DNA from: Candidatus Jordarchaeales archaeon
GTDB lineage: Archaea; Asgardarchaeota; Jordiarchaeia; Jordiarchaeales; Freyrarchaeaceae
NCBI GenBank assembly: GCA_038889235.1
Contig: JAWAHN010000001.1
Coordinates: 674,499-706,498, forward strand
DNA: 32,000 nt
Direction: 5' to 3'
Of this stretch, positions 18,401 to 24,600 are shown piece after piece. The notes under the pieces were generated by a model. That model was not told the origin of the DNA. It made no database searches and was given only the letters and a program-made list of their open reading frames with translations. A program made the position numbers and the translations under genes. Positions within the stretch are counted from its first letter, which is position 1, and the number at the start of each line of letters is the position of its first letter.

Positions 18401-19338
18401 GTCGAAAAATTACTGAAATCATAGTGGAAGACAAAAAGGTTTTGGGTTCGAAGACTGATGAAGCAAGAAACTTGATTGAAGGAATAACGAAGGAGACAAT
18501 AGAAGAAATTGAGAGCGCGGCGCGTAGAATACATGACGAGATAACTATTCTCGTAAGTAGGTATCGTGAAGAGACGGAAAAAATTATGCATGAAACCAGG
18601 AAGCGCATAGTTAGTGAGTTTAAAAGATGCGTTGAAAAACAAGAGAAGGACGTTGAGGATGTTAGCCGCAACATAACGGAAATGCTTGCCCAGTTAGTGG
18701 AGAGCTACGAAAAAATGCTGAAGGAGTTCAGCAACGATTTGTCGGTTCATGTAAGCGAGTTCTACAAGAGAGTGGTTGAGAACGTAAGAGGAACAACGGA
18801 TACTCTATGTGAAAGCATCAGAAAGTTGCTAGAGGAGTTAAAGTATACTGAGGAAATTATGCAACTAACGTGGAGCGAAGTAACAAAAGCGCCTTTGGCT
18901 TTAGAAAAAACCTCGTTCGTAGTGACACGAGAAGCGGCGCGCGTACGAGTAAAGGACATGGTGGCACGGGCTAAAAAGTCACTAGTAGTTGTGGCTCCTA
19001 ACCTGGAGGAGCTCCCGGTGCAGGAAATACTAGAATTGAAGCCTTCGGTAAGAGTATATCTGTTTACAGATTTCGAATTACCAAGGCAAATTGACACGTT
19101 GAGGAGTTTGGTGAGTAAAAGTGGTGTGCGTTTGTGGAGAAGAGAAGAAAAGGAATTTTTCATATGTCTGCGAGACGATGAAGAAATGTTTATCGCTCCA
19201 GTGTCAAAAGAGGAGCCTTTAGTAGCTGTGGTGAGTGAAGAACAAAGTTACATCGAAGCGTATAAACGTTCACTGCTACCTCTCATTAGGTCAACGTCCA
19301 AAGAAGTGAGATTGGAAGATATACAGAGCGCCAAGTGA
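15412..19338 (+). CDS. TrmB-family protein: N-terminal wHTH, about 1090-aa helical/coiled-coil insert, C-terminal TrmB effector-like (PLD-like fold) domain
   Basis: LGLKDNEARVYEILL...LTAGEIS...LHSLINKGLV...Y...P is the TrmB N-terminal domain. The C-terminal MVARAKKSLVVVAP...VRVYLFTD...FFICLRDDEEMFIAP is TrmB C-terminal-like. The middle is E/K/S/L-rich amphipathic helix. Confidence 0.8.
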   Translation: MTEKVVSLIASRLGLKDNEARVYEILLSYRVLTAGEISYYTSFPISEVNAILHSLINKGLVIRIPGVVEKYMLITPFKVFFETAGETSKVARGVEERLEKYSEVIKTDLGSFIESFKSKLESFVSRETQNIKSKAGETSALLEALTTQEKAKLGDAAKDVDSCFEVELETHRKLSEDLLANFRGEVEKKIEDSLKKVEGSVKQSAVKALSAFTSTMGDLSAQLGSFEKKILNEITVISKEVDSLPEKIAEKITDAKKEFDTKVRNVLESSKEQTSSVVNALKNEINEHVKAVERLTFESIRRDALKLREHVEKIGRELETFINDSTSNTAKSVSSIYTAVSKPLRSLKVEYEREMQKILEQMGRLTDSSVRRFSSIIDETKTKVAEQIKSYVELQKDVLDEFKSKIDGHILSSIKEFSTASSSIKERFKEVVMEEKSTTSKVFEWTREVVKSLILEHTDVVKSTLREIEKKLHDALIMESESEEKDYSKFKDTFSSMLEVSKREILEVAKVTSRSVLREIHTQTDVIISELRKLREKVFENIKEELRKIKWEAEEARRSVERLLSQRVAYMEEQAELMRQRLDETIKKKLEEINSNFGVIRAGFLEVMDGILARFAEIVEETKNSFSLSINSQFSFFKESLEKLDLALTEELKQQVEAAKAEANEFLLSFSKELEGRILKVEELTKQIIDNIEGTFKKQEKISRNLRNTVSSYFVQELRRYIDAFSNTTLLLNERLTSLLDARIKTLERLRSRLEKEISSLIASKEELIEEKNASLRDTVDAHISERYKEYTELLENTIREIEKMLYEHVERFKGHMEEVSRKLAETVRETLGKISKISDSSTRELAALLSVEQETVVNETKNLIEEANKTFEQYVRALRNSIATCLDNLVEEVAKQIESLKDKRDYLATALKGSMIASIEQFETTLKELESDLTLGMEGELKKVDSLTAQLEVRLQSLLDKLKSDGWAYSDYLLEESANILKRSAESVRTILESASRKITEIIVEDKKVLGSKTDEARNLIEGITKETIEEIESAARRIHDEITILVSRYREETEKIMHETRKRIVSEFKRCVEKQEKDVEDVSRNITEMLAQLVESYEKMLKEFSNDLSVHVSEFYKRVVENVRGTTDTLCESIRKLLEELKYTEEIMQLTWSEVTKAPLALEKTSFVVTREAARVRVKDMVARAKKSLVVVAPNLEELPVQEILELKPSVRVYLFTDFELPRQIDTLRSLVSKSGVRLWRREEKEFFICLRDDEEMFIAPVSKEEPLVAVVSEEQSYIEAYKRSLLPLIRSTSKEVRLEDIQSAK

Positions 19339-19441
19339 GTAAGAGTGGATATTTCGTTCATCATACTCGGCCTTATAAGATGCAATGCTTCTAGAGATGA
19401 AACGAAGTAAAAGGGCAGAAAAGAGAGCTAGGTAGATCTCA

Positions 19442-19789
19442 ATGATAAAGTGGGAGACTCCAAGTGATGAAGAGGCACTAAGAGAGGTCGAGACGCTTAA
19501 GAAGTTCGTGAAAGGTGACTATGTGAAAATAGCAATACTAGAGCAGCTTATCAAGGGTGGTTGGTGTACTTTAAGCGAGTTGTGTAGAGCGGCGAAGGTG
19601 TACGATAGGTATGTTGGACAGGTAAGGGTAGCAACCATTTTGCAATACCTAGAAAGCATAACTAGGGGGCTTCTAGAGAGGGATGAAGGAGATTTTTGCG
19701 TGAGGTGGAGGATTAAGCCTGAAAGGAAAAAGATAATTGAAAAATGGATTGAAGAAATCAAATCCGCACCTTACCGTAAAAGCTTCTGA
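19442..19789 (+). CDS. Small winged-helix protein
   Basis: KIAILEQL...WCTLSELCRAA...VATILQYLE...GLLE...VRWRI wHTH pattern. Confidence 0.65.
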   Translation: MIKWETPSDEEALREVETLKKFVKGDYVKIAILEQLIKGGWCTLSELCRAAKVYDRYVGQVRVATILQYLESITRGLLERDEGDFCVRWRIKPERKKIIEKWIEEIKSAPYRKSF

Positions 19790-19795
19790 AAATTT

Positions 19796-20407
19796 TTAAT
19801 CCACTTTTAATTCCTCAATGCTATTTTTGGTTATCTTAAATATCTGGATGGGGCCTCCTGACGCCGTATCGCGTGATCTGGCCGCTTTTATTGCTCGTTC
19901 GGCTAAAGCGACCGCTTCATCTACGGTTATGCCTTCTTTGTATTCGTCTTCTAAAACTCCAAATGCTATTACTGAGCCGGACCCCGTTGCACCGAACTTA
20001 TCTTCTTCTATTATGCTCCCTAAGGGGTCTAGGGTGAATATGTGGGGGCCTGTGTCGTCCACCCCACCTAAGATTAACATGCTGACATATGGGAAGAGCC
20101 TGTTTTGGAAGAGGATTAATGATGCGAGGCGGGCTGCGGCTTTAACAGAAACATCCCTTTTGAGCTCTAGCTTCAAGAGTGCAAGGTTTGCTTTTAGCAC
20201 ATCCACGACATGCTGGCAGTCTGCAACGGAGCCACTTATCGTTACTGCAATTCTATCTGCAATTTTGAATATCTTTGGAGCAGAAGTGCTTGCAATAATA
20301 TTCCCCATTGTTGCTTGAGATTCCGTCGCGAGCACAACGCCATCTTTGCATACAATTCCGACGGTTGTCGTACCACTCATAAAAACTTTTGAATTATCTC
20401 GTTGCAT
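19796..20407 (-). CDS. psmB: Proteasome subunit beta
   Basis: 12-aa propeptide then G|TTTVGIVCKDGVVLATESQAT, GSVAD, GGVD, ATGSGS, RDTASGG. SD GGGGGT. Confidence 0.97.
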   Translation of the reverse strand: MQRDNSKVFMSGTTTVGIVCKDGVVLATESQATMGNIIASTSAPKIFKIADRIAVTISGSVADCQHVVDVLKANLALLKLELKRDVSVKAAARLASLILFQNRLFPYVSMLILGGVDDTGPHIFTLDPLGSIIEEDKFGATGSGSVIAFGVLEDEYKEGITVDEAVALAERAIKAARSRDTASGGPIQIFKITKNSIEELKVD

Positions 20408-20470
20408 GGGGACCCCCTTCGCCTTCCCTTCATTGAACTTAAAGCATTAAGTCCAAAGAATAAATGAAGG

Positions 20471-20478
20471 TATATAAA
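20471..20478 (-). promoter_or_regulatory. Probable TATA box of psmB
   Basis: TTTATATA on the minus strand, preceded by purine-rich GAAGAAGAG (BRE-like), about 64 nt upstream of the start codon. Confidence 0.5.
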
Positions 20479-20540
20479 CTCTTCTTCATCAGTACAGTAA
20501 CCAAGAAATGTAGTTTATAAAGTAAATTTACAGGATGTTT

Positions 20541-20631
20541 TGGTGGGCGGGCCAGGATTTGAACCTGGGACCTCCACGGTGTCAACTTCGCCCTTTCTGT
20601 GTGGCGTCATAACCAGCTAGACTACCCGCCC
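20541..20631 (-). tRNA. tRNA-Val(GAC) with one 14-nt non-canonical intron (30/31); CCA encoded
   Basis: Minus strand reads GGGCGGG TA GTCTAGCTGGTTATGAC G CCAC[ACAGAAAGGGCGAA]G TT GAC AC CGTGG AGGTC CCAGG TTCAAAT CCTGG CCCGCCC A CCA. Spliced length is 77 nt with a perfect cloverleaf. Confidence 0.93.
20587..20600 (-). other. tRNA-Val intron at position 30/31
   Basis: Central helix CGCC/GGCG with 3-nt bulges AC^A and AA^G. Confidence 0.85.
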
Positions 20632-20667
20632 ACAAGTGTAAAATGTGATTGGTGGACCCCGCGGGAC

Positions 20668-20689
20668 TTATTCAGCTTTTTGTGAGCCT
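20668..20689 (-). other. tRNA-Ala intron 3 (58/59, 22 nt)
   Basis: A GGCT CACAAAA AGCT GAAT AA. Central helix (A or G)TTC/GAAT, bulges AA^A and AA^G. Removal restores the 7-nt T-loop TTCAAGT. Confidence 0.78.
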
Positions 20690-20694
20690 TTGAA

Positions 20695-20712
20695 TTCGCG
20701 GCCTCCTGGGCT
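20695..20712 (-). other. tRNA-Ala intron 2 (53/54, 18 nt)
   Basis: A GCC CAGGA GGC CGCG AA. Central helix CGCG/CGCG, bulges GG^A and AA^T. Confidence 0.85.
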
Positions 20713-20732
20713 CCCGCGGCCTCCGCGATGCC

Positions 20733-20754
20733 GACGCGCCTCCTTTTCGGAGGA
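20733..20754 (-). other. tRNA-Ala intron 1 (33/34, 22 nt)
   Basis: T CCTCC GAAAA GGAGG CGCG TC. Central helix CGCG/CGCG, bulges TT^T and TC^G, perfect 5-bp intron hairpin. Confidence 0.88.
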
Positions 20755-20815
20755 AACGCGGTGCTCTACCAGGCTGAGCTAGGGGCCCACCGTGATTGAG
20801 AAAATAATTGAGGGC

Positions 20816-20830
20816 ATTTAAGTATTTTTC
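20816..20830 (-). promoter_or_regulatory. BRE + TATA promoter of the Ala-Val tRNA pair
   Basis: Minus strand GAAAAAT-ACTTAAAT lies about 28-42 nt upstream of the tRNA-Ala 5' end. Only 18 nt separate the two tRNAs, suggesting a dicistronic transcript. Confidence 0.65.
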
Positions 20831-21060
20831 GGGGGGATTTGAGGACAAGATAACTATTGGAAAGGTCTTGGAAGTGATTTCGCCTTTGGATTGAATGATT
20901 GATTTTTACAAGCTTTTTATGCCTTTTTAACTACAGTTGATGCTTAGTAATAGGGGGGCGGTAACAAACGTGCAATATCATCTTTAGCTACTTGAGAATT
21001 TAAAATGACAACTTTGTTGGTGTTTAAATATGAAAGATGAAGCTTTGATTGTGGTGGTTG

Positions 21061-21423
21061 ATGGAAGGTACAAGTCCCTTTTACTGGTGGATTGTGAATC
21101 CAGGGACAAACCTTCTACTATCGTTCATTTTCTCGTTCCTATCTTTTGTTGGAACAATATGTTTCATAGCTAATATTGTTTTTCTTTCGATAAGCGAGAG
21201 GAACAGGGGTAGATACGTTATTGGCGCAATTTTCTCCTTAATAGTCATAGGATGCTGTTTGAAATGGGAGTGGTTCTTAGTTTCTATCGGAAATTTGGCG
21301 AGTATGCTAGCTAGCGGGATAGGGAATATAATAAACCAAGCAATCTATTACTGGTACTTGTATAGTTTTGGAGAGAAAATGAATGAAAGCTTGTTTTTCG
21401 GACCGTTGATTCACCGTTTGTGA
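21061..21423 (+). CDS. Hypothetical membrane protein (about 3 TM)
   Basis: Hydrophobic, Trp-rich ORF. ATG 21061 follows GGTGG (the ORF track starts at TTG 21049). Confidence 0.55.
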   Translation: MEGTSPFYWWIVNPGTNLLLSFIFSFLSFVGTICFIANIVFLSISERNRGRYVIGAIFSLIVIGCCLKWEWFLVSIGNLASMLASGIGNIINQAIYYWYLYSFGEKMNESLFFGPLIHRL

Positions 21424-21435
21424 AATCTTGGTTTT

Positions 21436-21699
21436 TTATTTGTTTTTAAGAGTGTATATCTCGTTGTCTACAAGTATGTAGAATGTGTAATCGTAGAGGA
21501 TTATTGGTTTTCTGAAAAGAAATGCAAGTTTAAGAAAGTTTGAAACTTGCGCTTCTCCTTTAAATATTATTTCAGAGCATGTCTGTCTGTTGAGCTTGAA
21601 CTCGTCTGGAACTATTATTGGAACTTTTTCCTCTTTTGCCTTAACCTTTACCCGTTCTACAAACTCTGTTTTTTCAACATCTTCTCCAAAAATCGGCAT
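21436..21699 (-). CDS. Small hypothetical protein (87 aa)
   Basis: Strong SD GGAGGAGG before the ATG, and protein-like composition. Confidence 0.65.
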   Translation of the reverse strand: MPIFGEDVEKTEFVERVKVKAKEEKVPIIVPDEFKLNRQTCSEIIFKGEAQVSNFLKLAFLFRKPIILYDYTFYILVDNEIYTLKNK

Positions 21700-21963
21700 T
21701 ACTTTCCTCCTCCTGAAGGGGTATACATTGAAGAGAGGACGCCAGATAACTACCTATAGTTATACTAGAAACTCTAAGAGCACGTGAAATTTTTAATATT
21801 TTCCCTTAATAGGCAAGGAACACAATTTAATGTGAAACGACAGTGAAAAACGTGAAAAAAGTGTGTTACGAATCTTTAAGTAAAAGTCTTCTTGTCTTCA
21901 GCTAGATACATTTTTAAGGAAGCGTTCTCGGTTTGGTAACCTAGATTTCCTGGAGTCGCGGCG

Positions 21964-22683
21964 GTGAGAGATGTGGCTCAGAGCAGCGATGTTATTTCGA
22001 AAGGAGATTTCGTTCTCGTCGATTTAACCGGACGCGTAAAAGACGGAGAAATTTTTGAAACTACGTTGAAAGATGTTGCTGAAAAAGAGGGAATTTATGA
22101 CGAAAACGAGGTTTATGAGCCACGATTAGTCGTTGTAGGTGAAAATTGGGTTTTCCCCGAGATTGACAGCACTCTAGAGTCTATGAAAATCGGTGAAACG
22201 AAAACCGTTGAAATAAAGAATGCATTTGGAGAGTGGAAGCGAGAGAATGTTAAATCCTTCTCTGTTAAAGAATTTTTAAAGAACAACATAAATCCAAAGC
22301 CAGGTATGCGTGTCAGAATAGGAGGAAGACTGGCAACCATAAAGAAAGTAGGAGGAGGAAGGGTTAGAGTTGACATGAATCATCCGTACGCCGGCAAAAC
22401 GATAGTCTATGAAGTTTCGGTAGTAAAGAAAATCACTGATAACAATGAGAAGATTAAGGCGCTGATTAAGAGAAGAATGCCAAAAATACCCCTTGAAAAA
22501 GTGAAAATTGAGGTAGGAAGTGAGGGAAAGTCTATTACGATAGAAATACCTAAAGAGACGTTTTTTGTCGATGGAGTGCAATTCGTTAAATTCGGGTTGG
22601 CGAGAGACTTAAAAAAGTACATTGGTTTTGAGGAAGTGATATTTATCGAGAGGTATAGTGAAGAACTACTCAGCGGGTCTTAG
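21964..22683 (+). CDS. slyD: FKBP-type peptidyl-prolyl cis-trans isomerase (archaeal long type, SlyD-like)
   Basis: KGDFVLVDLTGRVKDGEIFETT...EA-like EK, YEPRLVVVG, VRVDMNHPYAGKTIVYEV, and a C-terminal extension. Confidence 0.92.
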   Translation: MRDVAQSSDVISKGDFVLVDLTGRVKDGEIFETTLKDVAEKEGIYDENEVYEPRLVVVGENWVFPEIDSTLESMKIGETKTVEIKNAFGEWKRENVKSFSVKEFLKNNINPKPGMRVRIGGRLATIKKVGGGRVRVDMNHPYAGKTIVYEVSVVKKITDNNEKIKALIKRRMPKIPLEKVKIEVGSEGKSITIEIPKETFFVDGVQFVKFGLARDLKKYIGFEEVIFIERYSEELLSGS

Positions 22684-23115
22684 AAGCACGACTTTCATAC
22701 TTTTTCCCATTGGACAAACAATATTTCCATTTACTTCTTCTACAATACAACGGTCTCCAGGTTTTAACGCGCTTGGCTTACAAACATCGATATTTGTACA
22801 ATTGTATGCGCATTCAACATCCCTATAAACTATTGTAGCACCTTTTACGGCTTGCTTTGGTTCAAGAGCCGCTGGGACCACAGAGAGGATAACTTCAACA
22901 GCCCTAACACCGTTTTCATGAAGAGTGCAAGGGTGAGTTAATTCGCGCACATTAACGACTTCGTAAATTCGACCTGGTTCCAAGTTTTCTATGCACACTT
23001 TTTTAAGCTGACAAGAATTGCATGGCTCTGCAGAACCATAATGAACAAATCTAAACCCAATTTTAGCTTGCATGGAACCCACAAGTGTCAAAAAGCGACG
23101 AGGCACTAGGAACAC
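22666..23115 (-). CDS. UPF0179 family protein
   Basis: TLVG...AKIGFRFVHYG...CNSCQLKKVC..NLEPGRIYEVVNVR...CTLHENGVRAVEV. Sits next to egsA, as in many archaea. Confidence 0.88.
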   Translation of the reverse strand: MFLVPRRFLTLVGSMQAKIGFRFVHYGSAEPCNSCQLKKVCIENLEPGRIYEVVNVRELTHPCTLHENGVRAVEVILSVVPAALEPKQAVKGATIVYRDVECAYNCTNIDVCKPSALKPGDRCIVEEVNGNIVCPMGKSMKVVLLRPAE

Positions 23116-23120
23116 CCCAC

Positions 23121-24194
23121 TTAAGTTATTACGCCAGTTATTGTTGCAAGTCTTATAGCAGCTTCTCTATCTATACCTTTTTCCCCAAGAATAGTGTATC
23201 TTTCCGGCCTTATCTTATGCGCGATACATAGAGCTTCAATTATATATTCTGCGTCTATACCTAATTCTTTCGCCGTCACAGGAGCGCCTATAGTTTTCAG
23301 TGCGTCTCTAATCGCCTGCCAGTCACCCCCATGGAGGTACATCATCATTATCGCTCCTACCCCGCATTGTTCTCCGTGGAGAGCAGGTTTTGGAGCAATC
23401 ATATCCAACGCATGGCTGAACATGTGCTCCGCACCACTAGTTGGACGACTGCTGCCGGCAATTCCCATGCTGACGCCACTGCTTATCAAGGCTTCTATGA
23501 CTGTTCTAAGGCTATTCTCAGTTCGTCGAGCAATAAGATGAGCATTTTGAAGGATAAGCTCACCGCTAAGTTTCGCAAGTGAGGCAGCATACTCGCCAAA
23601 ATACTCGTTCCTTAACTTATACGCCAGCTCCCAATCTTTAACCGAAGTTATATTTGCAATAACATCGCCGCAGCCGGCAGCCGTTAACCTATACGGTGAG
23701 CTCCCTATTATGTTAGTATCGGCAATTATGGCAATAGGTGTTGCCGCTTCGAGAGAATGAGGTATACCTGTGTCCTTGATGCTTGCTCTAGGGGAAGCTA
23801 TCCCATCGTGAGAAGCGGCTGTTGGAACACTTATGAATGGCAGTCCTTCAAGGTGTGCAGAGAGCTTAGCTACATCTATGCTCTTCCCACCTCCCACACC
23901 TATTATTAACTGAGGCCTAACTTTCTTAGATATTGCCCTAACTTTTTCAACTTCCTTCATTGTGGATTCTTCTATAATTACAATTTGGCTCGAAATTTTT
24001 GCATCATAAAGCGAGGTGGAGACTTTTTCGCCTGCTATTTTACTAGTTTTTGGACCAGAAACGATAAGAGCAGATCCCATTAATCCGAGCTTCTTACAAA
24101 CGTCTCCAACCATGTATATGACGTCGCGTCCAACAACGATTTTCCTCGGAAGTTCCATTTTGTGAACTGGCAGGCGAACTTGAAGAACAGTCAA
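23121..24194 (-). CDS. egsA: NAD(P)-dependent glycerol-1-phosphate dehydrogenase
   Basis: MELPRKIVVG, GVGGGKSIDVAK, VPTAASHDGIASP, GCGDVIAN, SSRPTSGAEHMFSHALD, LHGEQCGVG. The start is uncertain (TTG 24194 or ATG 24158). Confidence 0.96.
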   Translation of the reverse strand: MTVLQVRLPVHKMELPRKIVVGRDVIYMVGDVCKKLGLMGSALIVSGPKTSKIAGEKVSTSLYDAKISSQIVIIEESTMKEVEKVRAISKKVRPQLIIGVGGGKSIDVAKLSAHLEGLPFISVPTAASHDGIASPRASIKDTGIPHSLEAATPIAIIADTNIIGSSPYRLTAAGCGDVIANITSVKDWELAYKLRNEYFGEYAASLAKLSGELILQNAHLIARRTENSLRTVIEALISSGVSMGIAGSSRPTSGAEHMFSHALDMIAPKPALHGEQCGVGAIMMMYLHGGDWQAIRDALKTIGAPVTAKELGIDAEYIIEALCIAHKIRPERYTILGEKGIDREAAIRLATITGVIT

Positions 24195-24600
24195 AGCGTC
24201 ATCAACACCTCTAAGATGTTTAGAGAAAAATAGAGTCATAGCTTTTAATAGTTTACACTTCTTGTCTGATATAAAATTCGATTATTGACGAAAAAAATAC
24301 ATTAATTAGTAAATAATCGAATTTATGATTTTATGGAAGAAACGATGCATATCAGTTTAAGGGCGGAGAAGGTACGCGGAAGAGAAGAGGTAAAGCGAAA
24401 TGTTTATTATCAATGCTTCAATGAAAAATTCATGAATTTGAAACAACTTATCTTTTAAGACTTTAAATAAGTCAGACAGAAACAGAGCTTGCTTTCTCCA
24501 AGAAGTGGTTAAATCAAAAACTTCCCGCGCAATAAACTTGGATTAAAGGTAATGTGAATTAAAGAAAAAGTCTTAGATAGGAAATCGAAGGTGCAGAGAC

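Larger units (their letters stand above)
20650..20788 (-). tRNA. tRNA-Ala(GGC) with three non-canonical introns (33/34, 53/54, 58/59); CCA encoded
   Basis: 139 nt minus 22, 18 and 22 nt gives 77 nt: GGGCCCC TA GCTC AGCCTGGTA GAGC A CCGCG TT GGC AT CGCGG AGGCC GCGGG TTCAAGT CCCGC GGGGTCC A CCA. The G3:U70 alanine identity pair agrees with the reconstructed anticodon. Confidence 0.92.

Noticed and set aside
15528-19163. Series of minus-strand Ser/Phe/Leu-rich ORFs
   Set aside because: They are antisense shadows of the E/K-rich coiled-coil gene. Similar shadows occur over lig, aCPSF1, rtcB and others.
18895-19338. Giant TrmB C-terminal domain as an active PLD nuclease
   Set aside because: No HxK(x4)D catalytic motif is present.
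20668-20694. Alternative register for intron 3 (TTCA/TGAA helix)
   Set aside because: It would leave a 9-nt T-loop (TTCAAAAGT). The ATTC/GAAT register restores the canonical 7-nt loop.
20408-21699. tRNA genes as integration sites for a mobile element
   Set aside because: There is no integrase, no duplicated tRNA 3' end, and the flanking genes are housekeeping.
24240-24600. AT-rich 360-bp gap as a possible replication origin near cdc6
   Set aside because: No ORB or mini-ORB repeats (TCCA...GAAAC with G-string) are recognisable. A divergent promoter for egsA and aCPSF1 explains it. An internal ORF of about 41 codons has no support.
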